A stretch of 63,398 nt of DNA, filler included, from Sphacelaria rigidula (GCA_964200075.2; 8 parts of 8 records of this genome joined end to end with filler, not necessarily neighbours in it), one strand, 5' to 3'. Positions 50,601-63,398 are shown, counted from the whole stretch's first letter. Program-made: numbers and translations. Notes: generated from the letters alone by a model not told the origin.

Positions 50601-50944
50601 AGGATACACCTGTTGAATGCACCTGTTGAATGCGCCGTGAGCGGAAGAGTTTTTTTTTTCCGAGTGATGAATAGTTCTCACAAAGTATGGTCCATGAACC
50701 TTACTTTTGACACACGCAGTCTATGGGGGGGTGTTCGTAGGATGGCCTGCGGTGTCTAGTAAGATACACCAAGTCAGGGTAAGGTACAACAGTCTGGTGG
50801 TATACCTGTTTGAGTTCCGGGTACTATGCAGGATGACTTTATATTGTGATGTTAGTGACTGGACGTACGTGAGTGGTGCTCGTCACATCCTGAGACTTTG
50901 GTGCCTACTGGAGTCACTCCCCCTTCCTTCCCTCTTCATCAACA
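47651..50944 (+). mobile_element. Heavily decayed Ty1/copia LTR retrotransposon
   Basis: gag-like coiled-coil ORF 47651-48178; zinc knuckles CWICRKQTTHFARDC and CGRKGH (48251-48484); integrase-like remnants precede RT-like KVVNCKCVVWVLICYV (~50255-50300); G-tract 50725-50731 followed by candidate LTR TGTT...AACA 50732-50944. Confidence 0.65.
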
Positions 50945-51881
50945 AATCTTTATATACATTTCTACCTCATCTTGATCGGCAGTCAGCCGTGTCCATTGAT
51001 CGACTATCGCAGTCGTGTCCATTGATCGACTATCTGAGTCGAGTCTGTACCCCATCCTCTCACGGGGTCACGAAGCTACAAACACATCCTGTCACGAAAC
51101 ATGAGTTTTGCTCAACGCTTGCACAGTGCACGGCCCAGGCTGATACCCCATTTTCCTGTAATCTGATGTGGCGTGCTGGTTTTATATGAATGCTACCAGT
51201 TATCCCTCACCATCATCCTGCATCGATCGCGCCTTACTGTTCGATGATATGTTACCTTGTGTCGCTCAAAAACTGACGGACTTGTGACAAGTTTTTGCCC
51301 CATATAGATTGCCAAATAAATGCGGAGTAGTTTTAGATTTTCTGCGTATTTCGTGCTAGCTGCCCTGCATACGCCTGTTCGCAAACTGATATGTGGGATG
51401 TGTAACACCGAGTTGACACCTGATGATAAGCGACTGTACTGTGTTGTACTGTACTGTACTGTACTAAGGCTGGATTTCGCTTTGCACAAACGTTTCCACC
51501 AATGCTTGCGTACTTCCGTCAGTCGTCCTGCATTTGCTTGGCCCCAACGTGATATTTTAGCGGCATACATCGAACATGTCATGTTATTAGCTGGATACTG
51601 TCACTCTATAAAGGCCAAAGCTTGTCGTGTAGACCTGAATGAGTAGGGTGACGGGAGATGCTAAGATTGCAAGACTCTCTGTACTGCTTTACTAAGTATT
51701 TCCATGCAACAGCTGCTGTGTGCTTCCTGCTGTGTGATGCAGCTGAAGAGAGCAACACAACACTATGCTGTCTTCGCCCATCAAGCTTGTATTTACTGTA
51801 TTCGCCACACATGTGCCTGTGAGCCGCCCTGTTGTTGTGAGTATGAAGAGCTGTACGACGCTCTCTCATTGTGAGTATTGA

Positions 51882-51982
51882 CCATTTTGACAACGAGGGT
51901 GGGTCACCTGCTGAGTTAGCATCAATATTCACTGGGAAAAAGATATGCATGATACAGAGGGACTACCCGCACTGCGGTCTAG
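51882..51982 (-). mobile_element. Diverged MITE family A copy
   Basis: GGTCACCTGCTGAGTTAGCATCAAT...ATGCATGATACAGA.GGACTACCCGCACTGCGGTCTA matches 37814-37915. Confidence 0.65.
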
Positions 51983-52929
51983 ATTTCATGACGCCATACT
52001 GTGTTGCACTGTCTGAACTGCTGCTTACAACCGCCGTATCCATTGGACACACAAGATTGTGTTGCTGCATTCACGTCTTCACTGTCGTAGTTTGCACCGA
52101 CAACTCTCCTGCTTCAAAATTGCTCTGCACACGAATTCCAGCCAATTGTTCCGTACTTGAAAAACAAGATAATAGGCATATCGCACCACTGTCTGGGTTG
52201 TTTCTGACCAAAACAATCCTGGTTTTGTTCGCAATTCATAATGCTGTAACCACACGCTCGGGGTGCGCCGCAGGACAGACTAACGTTAGACTTGTTCACA
52301 ACTGGCGCTGCTGTTGCTATACGCTATGATTTTTTGAGTTTCACACAGCTGACTGAAATGGAACGACGGTACAATATGCCACACGTACTCAAACTCGACA
52401 AGACCCGCTGGATTAAAAATCGCGTGTGTCTTCGAACATTGAGTTGCGAGAACACCCTTGGGTTTTACGACATGCAACCGTTATATTTATTGTGATGCTG
52501 TTACAATATGGCTGTACAAGATGACGGTACTGACTGTTTACAGCCTGCACCATCTCCTCGATGAAATCGTTGACTTTGTACTCAGTCTAACAGTGCATGA
52601 GTAATATGCGTTTACTCTGAGAACAAAACTGTTCCGAATCACCATCGAATATCAAATGTCGGACTATTCATGCGGAAGAACCTTTGCCGTGTACTGTACT
52701 GTTTATTCGAGTCTATATACTGTGGGAACACATGAGGTAGTGATGGCAGTGTTGCCTGAGTGAAACTACGGAACGCGATATCAACCAGCAGATGGGAGTT
52801 AACAAACTGCCTGTAGAAGAGATCCACAGGGCTATCGATATGTTGACGGCTACAATTAGTGCCGAGTACATACAGCATAATATATATATATATACTTTGA
52901 GGAACGCGAACCACTTGCTCGAGTATCTC

Positions 52930-53710
52930 ATGCATGACCTCGTATGCAACGGTGAAAGAATGTCATTTACTCTATGCTTTGCAAATTCACGAAACTGCTT
53001 GTGTGATCGTAATACCATACTGGTTGTGCATACATGCTACAAGACACGATACCATGTGAGCCGATTCGTCGTGAACGGAAATTGCGAAGCTTGAATCAAC
53101 ATGAGGTATTTACCCTACCCCGGTCAGGGGGGGAGCAGATCATTGACACGTTAAATGTGTGTTATTATCATGGAAATTGAACGTCACTTCAACGTGGTTC
53201 CCCCTGATTGATAGTTTTGCCCTCGGTGGATAGCTCCAAAGGGTATGGGCGAGTCATATATGCTTGAGAACTTCGGGGCTATGTGATGTCTAATCCGATT
53301 TTGAAGAAATCAGACACAATCATGCGCTTTGACTTTACTTCACGACTTCCATTAATACATGGGTGATCGTTTCCGTGTGCACCTAATAATCGCACCTCGT
53401 ACATGACCGTGTATGCAACTGATAGAGAATGACATTGTTACGCTGCCGTCCGCTAATGCACAGAAATCTGTTTGTCTGACCGTAATGTCATACCGTCTGC
53501 ATGCATGCCACCAGGCACGGTACCGATTAGCCGTAGACATAAACTGCGAGGCTTGAATGAACGACACATGAGGTATTCACCCTACCCCCTGGTCGGGGGG
53601 GGCAAATCATTAATGCTCTAAATGCTTTTTTTGTCATGGAAAATGGATGTAACCTCTATGTGGCTCCCCCTGTTTGATCTTTTGCACCCTTGGTAGATGT
53701 ATTCAAAGAG
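52930..53710 (+). repeat. Old tandem duplication, period ~470 bp
   Basis: GTATGCAAC at 52942/53411, GCTTGAAT..ACATGAGGTATT.ACCCTACCCC at ~53090/53552, TCATGGAAA in both. Confidence 0.7.
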
Positions 53711-54084
53711 ATTATGCGAGCCATGCATGCGTAAAACAGATGGAGAGATATGTGAAGTTGTTTCGATTCCAATATATCAAACCCAACCATGTACTTCTAG
53801 CTTACCATTCGACTGTGAATATGTGGATGTTTGTTTCCAGATGCACTGCTGAACATACTATTAATTGATCAATATTACCCGCAGCGGTGAATCACAGGAC
53901 TGCATGAAGCCGGCAACAGTTGCTCGTCAACAATTATTGTTGGTGCCCGCCTGCAAATTTCTACGTAGCTACTCATGAGTGTGATAATCAACCCAGATCC
54001 ACAACGATTGAGCGGCTATGAGTGAAGCTGCATGCTAATGTGTTTGCATGAGGCCACCAGACGGATGCTCCGTCAGTTCCCGTT

Positions 54085-54232
54085 GACCGTCTATACTCGT
54101 GCACACTCCGACAATCTATTCGAAGATGACCGTCTACTTGTGCACGCTCTGACAATCCATTCAAAGATAACCGTCTACATGCGCGTGCTCCGACAATCAA
54201 TTCGAAGATGACCGTCTACCTGTCTGTGCGCT
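54085..54232 (+). repeat. 41-43-bp minisatellite, ~3.5 units
   Basis: GACCGTCTA...GCTCCGACAATC.ATTCGAAGAT repeated. Confidence 0.85.
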
Positions 54233-54535
54233 ATGACCCTCCCGGGGGCAGGGCTGCATTCTTCTGATCTTGAGAGTTCATGGGTTCCACACATTCCTTT
54301 GCCGAGATTTACACCGGAAATAATCTGATGAAAGTTGTTGGCTTGTAATGAACGACTCGTTTGTTTGTCGTGGAGACTATGCAAGTTGCCAACATACAAG
54401 TCGGACATCGAATGGATGAACGAAAAGTTGTATGAACCAAATATATATATATATATGCTTGCACCATACAGCGAACAAGCAGGATTTGATTGCATACAGG
54501 AAAATAGGCGAGGACGAAGGCCCAAGATGTCAAGA

Positions 54536-54858
54536 CCATGTGTTTTCGAGCAGGTTGACAGGTCGCCAGGAGTTCCCCGTGTGTTTTCGAACAGGTTGAC
54601 AGGTCGCCAGGAGTTTCCCATGTGTTTCCGAACAGGTTGACAGGGGTGGCAGGATTTTCCCACGTGTGCCCGAACAGGTTGACAGGCATCCCGGAACTCC
54701 CATGCTGACCGAACAGGTTGACAGGTGGCCAGGATTTTCCCATGTGTGCCCGAACATGTTGACAGGCATCCCGCAATTCCCATGCTGTCCGAACAGGTTG
54801 ACAGGTGGCCAGGATTTTCCCATGCTGTCCGAACAGGTTGACATGTAGCCAGAATTCC
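54536..54858 (+). repeat. ~40-bp minisatellite, 8 units
   Basis: Core CGAACAGGTTGACAGG recurs every 39-42 bp. Confidence 0.92.
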
Positions 54859-55462
54859 CTTGGGAGTCCATCAATTTATACCTAGCTGTCCCCGACACGT
54901 GATACCATGGCCAAATGCACACGCGTGAACCTGTTTTGTCCGGTTATATTGCTGTTCCTTTCGTTCTTCTTCCCCTTTATTTGTTTTGTTCGTTATCGTT
55001 ATACTGACGAAGCGCTGCTATTCATGTTACTGGTTCCATGGTTTCTTCACATGAATCTGTTTTGCTCGAACAAATTCCTGTTTCCCTTGTTCACCTTTCC
55101 TTCCTGGTGTCCACTTTCGTATCATGATGAAAACGTGATGCTGTCTGTTCTATTCCATCGTGTGCTTATGCCGTTGATGACTGAGAATGTTTCATCCAGA
55201 TGCCACCCTCGTGACTCTTCAATCATGGAGATTGCCATACACTGCAATGAATCATCCATAATTATTTCAATCGGTGTTTTTACATCTATGTGGCACGTGC
55301 GTGCAGGTTTAACGTGTCGATTATCACATAGCTAGCCCCAAATCGGTGAAGAATGAGTGGAAACCCCCTGAACCCTCGAGCCCAGTCCTTCTACCCGGCG
55401 GGATCCGTCCAACAGCCTCCCGTGCAAGCACCTTCCCATGCAGCAGCAGGTTGACGCACCCT

Positions 55463-55562
55463 NNNNNNNNNNNNNNNNNNNNNNNNNNNNNNNNNNNNNN
55501 NNNNNNTTAATTAATTAANNNNNNNNNNNNNNNNNNNNNNNNNNNNNNNNNNNNNNNNNNNN
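55463..55562. other. Artificial contig linker
   Basis: N44-TTAATTAATTAA-N44. Confidence 0.97.
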
Positions 55563-55593
55563 GTGACGAGGAAACATTGCTTCAAGAGCTCAA

Positions 55594-55691
55594 CCCTTAG
55601 ACCGCGAGATTAGTCTTTCTGGATCATGCATACTTTTTTTCACCTTAAATTGATGCCGATTCAACAGAAGACTAACTTCGCGGTCTAAGGG
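55594..55691 (+). mobile_element. MITE family A copy
   Basis: Near-identical to 638-734; flanks TCAA/TTAA. Confidence 0.82.
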
Positions 55692-56741
55692 TTAAATCCG
55701 TTTTTAGGCTGGTCCAGCTCGTAGGGCCAAACGTTGTGGGCTAACTTGAAGTTGCAACTGGTAGAAAGCTGCCGACATATTGGTTGGTTGATCGTTGATT
55801 CAAATTCGGAACCGGGTTGTGAGAAAATCTCCCGACGGTTCTTCACCAAAACGGAACCCGAACTCGCTGCTGCGACCGTGCTGCGGCCAGTACTGTCAAC
55901 AAAGAACACAACAAGGAACATTCTAGCATCTTACCCACGGCTCTGTCTTGCTGCTGCACTACAAGTACAATCTGGACAGATGAGTTCCCGAATTGCTCAA
56001 CATCACCGAACAGGCGCTGGCTTATTCTCACGGTCACATATGTGACTTTGCCATTGGGTGCATTTTTCGCCCGCACAAAACAAAAACGCTGCAAACCCGC
56101 ATGTGGTGCATGTTGTCTCAGCCGTTTGTTTTGGCGGTGCGACGAGGATGTATTCGCGGATTGTCTACGGCTACCGAACAAATCTTCGTGCTGCACTCTA
56201 TCATAGTTCACAGAAACAATGCCAACGTGCGATTGCCACTCACTCTCTCACAGCATAGAAGGGATCTTGAGTTGACACTGAAGTGTTAACCGGCATATTT
56301 CCAGCTATGTGCAGTACGCTGTCCGCAGCATCAGGGTTTGCTGTGAGTCTTAACTGTGTTTCTCTACACATTGCGCTTTTGCTTGCCTTCAGAATATCGC
56401 TCTGACCCGCGGTCAAAATATACCTGAATTGCAACAGCTAGAGTAAGGCTGTGAACATCACCCCTCTAGGGTGATAATTCATTGTACAAGTAGTGTTACT
56501 TTGCAAATGTCGCCCTCACATGCAAAGGGAAATGAGCTAGCAATACAGGCCATGCAACAACTTCTTACATATCAAATAACGCTAAAGAATGCGGAGCACA
56601 TACCTCACGCTGGATATTTCGAATTTTGAATTCCTCAATCCTCACCAGCCCTGATGCACCCGAGTACCTCAACTTGTAGTGCCCTTGATTGATCACAGGC
56701 TTTTCAGTGGCGAGGTACCCTATATTTCAGTTTGCCAGACG

Positions 56742-56894
56742 ATGAACTTCGGGATGAAGAGTAGAGATCTGCTCATAGAGTTGAAGAGGAGCGACTGGCT
56801 GCCACCTTACAACGAAGACGGTGTAAGGAGCGTGTTGGCTGAGATACAGGCGCTGTACGACGAACTCACCGATACACTGGGGGGCAGGGCAACG
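56742..56894 (+). CDS. PSF1: DNA replication complex GINS subunit Psf1 (GINS1), first coding exon
   Basis: MNFGMKSRDLLIELKRSDWLPPYNEDGVRSVLAEIQALYDEL matches the Psf1 N-terminus (EL.R...LP.FNEDG.R.VL.E..ALY); donor ACG|GTAAGG after 56894. Confidence 0.82.
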
Positions 56895-57564
56895 GTAAGG
56901 CCAATTGGTGCTCTCGACGTATATGTCAGCTGGAACTGATCTTTCAATGCAGTCTTTGATTTCGATTAGTGTCATTCAATGTGTTCATTTGGCAAGTTGC
57001 GTAAGGTTGTGCTGACTGTTGTGTACTGCGGTTCAACAGTCGTGACATGTCTGCTGAAATATAAAAGATCAAAGATTATACCAAGTATGCAGCTTTGTGG
57101 AACAGGGCCAAACACACGGAACATACAAACTGCCTACACTGACTTTTGTTGACTGGTCTGTACTCTCTACGCCAATCGATACGGGTATCGTCCTTTTCAG
57201 CGCCATCAGGTGACACCTAAGTCAGTAGATTTTATACCGGTTCAATTGTTGGACAGACCTGCGCCATGAAAGAATTGGTTAACCGCCCCCCCCGGGTCGA
57301 CTGCGGTCTTGGTGTTGCGGCTGGTGAGTGTCACGTTTTTTAACACCCCTCGAAGGAAAGGGGTATGGTGGAGTCATCAAAATAAATGATACGCGTAACC
57401 GAAGATCCTCTGGCACTGAGATACATCCTATTCACCTATTTATGTAGCGAAACCGCCGAATAACTTTGACTCTTTTCTACCCACCAGAGCGGACGTGAGT
57501 TGACGCGGTGCGGGAGTGCTGACCCAATCCGCGAGACCAAAATGTAAGGCGCGTACCGGGGGAG

Positions 57565-57574
57565 NNNNNNNNNN
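57565..57574. other. Internal 10-N scaffold gap
   Basis: Direct reading. Confidence 0.9.
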
Positions 57575-60500
57575 TTGATCCCTTGAGACCACGGACTCAT
57601 CCCGAGGAAGGGGAGGGGTTCAAAGTGTGAGGGGGAAAAAAGAAGAAGAGCACACGAACTGGTGATCGGGGCTTTTCTGAGTGCCCACAGCCCAAGATAC
57701 ACCATCTGTACAAATCCGAAAGCCGTCTTCTATTATGGCGTTAGAGCGTTGCTCGACACGAATACCACGCTGTACTCGCTGATGTGCGCTGATACTGTGC
57801 ACACGGTCACTCCTTATCAACAGACATCGTGATAGGCCGTGCACACTTTACTGCACCATTATGAGAGACTCGTTGTTGCACCTCACCTGAAATACTGGAT
57901 TGGGGATATTTGCAGAAATGTGATTTACCTGTAACTCCGCCATTTCATCGGCCACAACATCCAGCACGGCGGAACTCAAGTAGCTTGTAACTGTTGTGGT
58001 GATCAGCTATATAGGACGATTGGAATTGCCTCAGACCGTGCTTGGTGGGTAAGGATATCGCAAATTATACTGAAGATCCAAAATAGACCATGATTCTCTG
58101 CAATTGTAGTGCTCTCCATTTTGCGAGCACCCGCTCTCGCTACACAGATATCGTTTATACACCCCGGAGGACATCGGTGTGTTCACAATCTCCCCGCCTC
58201 ACCGTAGATGTAGTCAATATGTCAGGACGTTCACTATTGCAAAATATGTCGACGGGTGTAGGACTGCGACAGCAGCCCGCATACCACAAAATGCACGCGC
58301 TGTTCGTCAAGATACCAATTTGACCGTTTCTACGGCTGCGATGCAGTGTTTCGAATCTTCATTTCATACGCCATTATCGCGTGACACATTTCAAAAACAA
58401 GTCACGCCATTTCCGCTGGACCTCCACAGCCTCACGCGGCATTCGGAATGCCTTTGCTCAACGGCACCCTGACCGCGGCCGGTCATATCTCGCGTCGTAG
58501 TTGATCGATTGAAGTCCTCACAGCAGCAGCCGGAATTTTCTCAGACACTACACGCGCCGTAGCACACCAACCAACCTGCGCGACGCCGCGAGATTGCAGC
58601 GCAGCATGATTGAACTAGGCACCTTTGTTGGGCTGGCTCATGTGCTCATGGTCAATGTGGGATCTTGAGTTCTCCGTCTCCGAGTCGCTGTGGTCGGACT
58701 CGCCGTCTCCTATGAAGACTGTTGCAGAAGAATCAGGTCCATGGACAGAGGTCGACCCTCCACAACCCTTGTGACCGCTGCGGCCACTGCAAGCCACACC
58801 GACCTCCGATATCCCTGTAACTACCCCCGTCCTCTGGCTCTCGGATACAGTCTTAAGTAGGAACACAAGCTGCACCCCCAGTGGCCTCGTCCGCTCCCGC
58901 AGGCCCGCACCATCTGCTCCCCCGCGCCCGCCCACCCCCTCCCCCAACTGGTTCGCCATCGCCACTCTCGTGTTTTTCGCCCGCCGGCGTTTGAGCTGCA
59001 GCCGTTGTTAGATGGAGGTCTGATGTACGATGCAGGTGTGTTTGGGTGATAGAAGGAGGAAACTATAGTAAACCATTCAAAGTATTAATCTTTACACGGA
59101 TATTTTCCCGTCCCTTATCAGGAGGGAAATGCATATTGAACTAGCTTCCAAACCCATCATATATGTGTAATAACGGGAGCTTTCACCAATAACCGCTTGC
59201 GTAGGATTGCACGTAGTGCGCCGTAACTTGTGCCAATACGACCCTACGCCCGAAACGCTGTGAACGATCGAGCTGGTGTTCTAGGTGCTGAGCAGGCGTT
59301 CGCCATCGCACCTGACGTCCAAGCGTGACTCCACAGATGATGAACACAGTCTGCTACGTTTTTTATTTCACGCCTTCCAAATTATACGATAAAAACTGAC
59401 TATCTCTGCGCCAGAGGAGTTTTCTGTTCACCGCGCTAGAATCCATATGTAATGACAATCTAGTAGGCACACAAGTTGAACCGGCCAAGGTCTGGGGGAT
59501 TCAGTATCGCCACGCGCCGCTTACTTTTTCGAGTTAGGACCCCAGATTTTGACATGTGATCCGCAAGGTACTCATCAATACATTCCGACCGACCACCGTT
59601 GCGTTTGGGTTGGTTGGATCTCGATGAAAAAATAAAGCTAAACAGGGAGTCGGTCGGAATGTGTCGACGCGAATCTTTCGAATCACTTATCAAAATCATA
59701 TATCCCAACCAAGGGGTGGCATTTCTCTCAGTCTCTCAGTTCAGGCACTAGGCAGGGCGTTTTAAGGCACGTCTAAAGTCGCGTCCAAGTCCGATGTTCA
59801 CAAAGGGGCTTGCTTAAGTCGCTAAATGGTACCTTGGCGCGTCTGACAGATGCCTCAATTTGTACCAAACATCCGACTACACGTGCTTATGTACGATTGA
59901 GAAGACACGCTACTACATCACACCTCCCACGACCCCTGAGATGGCTGTGACTCCAGGCGTGGTATTCGTGAACAGCCGCAGACTTTCTGCGACAAGATGT
60001 GCGCTTTCAGAAGCAAAATGATTATAGCAACAGCATACACGAACGGACAAACACTTTTTTTTCTTCGAAAAGTTTAACCAATTTCATTTTGCGCATTTCT
60101 GCACTGCTTGCTGGCGCCCAGCACCAGTCCCGTTACACAAACTCTAGTAACAACATACTATAACGTCTATGTCGCCTTCATCGTAGGAACGTAGTGCCGA
60201 CACAACGACCCCGATCATCGTCGTCGATAGTGGCAACGGCGATGTTGCTCCTAGTTCTGCAAACGTTGTTGCTGCTGCTGTGTCTGCGCCCGGCATTGCA
60301 AACCCGGCAGCAGTCACAGCAGGCATAGCAACAGCTGCAGCGGATTCCGCACCACCATGGGGAATGACGGGAGGGGTTCTTGGAACCTGCGTCTCCTGGA
60401 AGTGAGACGGCGCCTCACCTGTTCGTCGCTAGAAACAAGCATGCGCACGACATGGTGGGCTTCTTCCGTTTTGCGTCCCGTTCGGAAGAGTAATGCCATC

Positions 60501-63398
60501 TTTCTATTGTTCACTGGATGTAGGCAAAGCGGATATACGGAGTCCAGGCACATGGACGGATGGAGATTTACGCGGTCTGCGGATTGAAAGTTCTGGCGGA
60601 CATCCGGATTCCTCTCCGGATTCGGCTTTTCCAGAGTTCTTGGAAAAATTTGACGGATTCAAGGCAAGAATTGAAATGTATGCTGTAGATGCTTCCACGA
60701 ATTCTACCGTTTTCAGCGCAATTGATTGATTTCACAAACCCACAACGTAGCTTCAATGGATGCCCTTGGGCTATGTGACTCTGAGAGTGGAGCATGAGCA
60801 TCATGACGTGGTTTGTTATGGTAAAAACGACTATAATAGATAACCCACAAGAAACATCCACTCGATGACCAAAAACTGCTGAAAGAGGGTGGGTTGCTCA
60901 TGTGTGACGTATCGGTAACGGATCGCAGACATACTGTCCTGCACCCGCGTAACGCATGACCCCCGAGAGCGACCACACATCGACAAGAACACCACACGGC
61001 ACGATGCGTAACTAGAAGAAAAAAAACACTGTGCTGCACGATGCATAGCCTGACTACCCATGCATATCACTTTCGCCGCAGTCCGACAGTACTTTGCTGA
61101 TCACTGGGCGGGACCCGGTTATATTTCGTTCCTCTGATGCGTGTACTGTTGCACCGCACTGTATGATATTCTACTGGATTTGGGGGTGTATTTCACAACG
61201 TGGCGGCCTCAGAATTCCGCGAATGCTCCGGCTTCAAGCCGATGAATCCGGAGTACCCACGGCCCTTCCCAATCCGGATTATTAGAAGGAGAATCCGGTC
61301 AATCTGGGAAGGACACGGAGCGGATGTCGAGATTTGCCAAATCCGAGTTTTGTTCGCCAAATACTGAGCGGGGGGCGTCACTGATACATTGCCATACAGT
61401 GGTCATTGGTAATGATACACAAAAACGTACATATGTCCAAGGCGTTTCAAGTTTGAAAGAAGTCCGTTGGTCCATTTCTGGCACTGAAGCCAGCCATTCA
61501 AAAATCTAAGCACGTCATGGGCTATGTCTCAGCATATTGCACAATCGTTCGCCTACTAGAGCAAGTCTTGGGCTTACTTGAGCAAGCTTCCGCCTACTGC
61601 GGCACATATTCGACATGCTATGTAAACTCACTCCAACTAAGGCAAATGCAGTCATGATTAGGCATCCTCACGCCGACAAAGGCGCGTCTTCGTCTTGAGC
61701 TCGCTGAGGCATGTCTTGAGCAGTCTTGAAATCATACAGTGGACTTGAACTATGTCTTGCATCACCTAGGTCTACAGTTTTTCGCCTGCGGTGAGCTTAG
61801 ATTCTCGCTTCGCCCGTTCCGAAGTAAATGCCTCAATATCGTAACCTTCTGCGGGAAGCTTCGCGTGCTCGTAGAAGAACACGCCTACCAACCCCCCCCC
61901 CTCCACCCCGACCCCCTCCCCGGCTCAATGTTTGTCCTCATAGAACATCCTCACAGAAAAAAAAATAGAAGGGGCATGACAAAAAAACATCACAAAAGTA
62001 CAGTGGTGTGAACGTCTTCGCAAGCCGCTGCATAAGCTGCAGGTATGATGTACAGCACATGGATGACTACGCAAGTAACGTTATACTTTCCTACACCCCC
62101 CCTAGAGGGTGCGGCGGGGTGTCCAGGTAGCTCCAAAAACCACTTGTCTCACTGATGTTTTCAATCACCGCATCAGTTCGACCTTTCTGAATCGCGGTCA
62201 TCTCGTATCAATCTCTCGAAAGGAGTACACATTTTTTTGCTCTGGGTCCAGGGACGTACCTCAAACACCTGCGCGAACTTCAACTTCGAAAAAATGAGGT
62301 GGCGCTGGCTGTGGTCGTTGTGTTTGGAGAATGACAACTGAGTCGGAGAAGGATCGATTCTGCGGGTGCCATGGCTGCAGATTATGGGGGCTTGGGTAGC
62401 GCGGGCCAATTACGTAGCGTTCTGCAGGTAGTCCGCACCCGCCTTGAAAATGCTGAAATAGCGGACCAGGAAACGCATTTAAAACAAACCATGTCAAGTG
62501 TACATCGGATCTACCTGTCGAAAGCTGCACCAGTTAGGGTACGAAGGGTTTTTTCGGTGGACACCCGCTTCATCGCGCATGACCATATGAGGCGAGAGCA
62601 TGTGTTTTCTTCTGTCCTTTTTTGCAAGACACGGGTGCAGCATATACCCTCAATGTGCGTGAACAATTCCGAGCGAAACCGGTGTAGCGCTTTTCCCCAA
62701 TTCCGCATATCTGGTCAAACATAATACCTTTTGGGGGGTGAGAAACACGAAGGTAGACCTTTTCTAGACCAGGGCCCTTTGGGGGGGGAACTTCTCTGAA
62801 GAGCAAACAAGAACCCAATGCAGAAAAACAGATACTATAAAGAGATGCGAGGTTCACGACACTAACTTGGCAAATTCCTAAGCTGCATGGTTTTAAGTGA
62901 CCGCCTCAACTAGCCGGTAACAATGGTATATATGCTCAGCTTTCCCCGACTCGGTCCCTTTCAAAAGATGTAGTCATATAACAGCGTCATTTTCTTGGTC
63001 TGCCCATCTGATACATAGTTAGCATCGTCTGTACCGACTGCGGGCTCCGCAATTATATAACCGACACGCGAAAATGTAATCGCCATGCTACGTCTTTCCC
63101 AACACAGCACACCTACAAACAAACCAACTCGGGCAAGCACTGCGTGATATTTTGGATGAGCCGCTGCCCGCGGTAAGGCCTGGAGCAATTTCCGAATATC
63201 TGACGGTCGCGTTCGAAACAGCGTGATGGTATATGTAGACATGGCAGCAAATGGACAGCAAAAATCAATACAGGCTGGGCCAGCCTACAAGCGGATTTGT
63301 ACTTTCCAGGCAAATTCGCAATTTTTTTCTTGGCGTTGGAAAGTGAGATATGGAATGGACAATCAACAGAGCATGGAAGAATGCTGTCTGTGAGGTCC

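Noticed and set aside
54536..54858. CRISPR array
   Set aside because: Spacers are homologous to each other, the constant part is only ~14 bp, there are no cas genes, and the context is eukaryotic
7839..55562. Regularly spaced TTAATTAATTAA palindromes as a biological periodic signal
   Set aside because: They sit in fixed N runs and are assembly linkers
58615..58965. 116-aa minus-strand ORF as a gene
   Set aside because: Low complexity, no recognisable motif, no supporting exons; cannot be supported
63269..63288. Tc1/mariner-like TIR TACAGGCTGGGCCAGCCTA (also near 8053, 14544 and 16415)
   Set aside because: Only isolated ~15-19-bp matches; no paired ends or transposase seen, so not annotated as an element

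Overview
Eukaryotic nuclear DNA, not prokaryotic: it has GT-AG spliced genes, microsatellites and dense transposon debris. The gene and retroelement style suggests a stramenopile, probably a brown alga, but that is inference. The window is an artificial concatenation of eight unrelated ~7.8-kb contigs (1-7838, 7939-15776, 15877-23714, 23815-31651, 31752-39588, 39689-47525, 47626-55462, 55563-63398) joined by identical N44-TTAATTAATTAA-N44 linkers, so adjacency across linkers means nothing. Host genes, all partial: an anoctamin/TMEM16 gene (6 exons, +), a serine carboxypeptidase S10 (7 exons, -), the first exon of GINS Psf1, and a 4-exon stretch resembling the TSET coat subunit TTRAY/TWD40. The rest comprises three decayed Ty3/gypsy segments, one decayed Ty1/copia, a ~97-bp piggyBac-type MITE family (12 full or partial copies), CACGGG-ended fold-back elements with 2-bp TSDs, a fold-back repeat family with telomere-like tracts, and several minisatellites and hairpins. 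The best leads are a PWWP/Tudor-like module after the chromodomain of a gypsy integrase and the TSET-like gene. No CRISPR array, rRNA or intact tRNA was found. No database searches were run; family calls rest on motifs I recognised.
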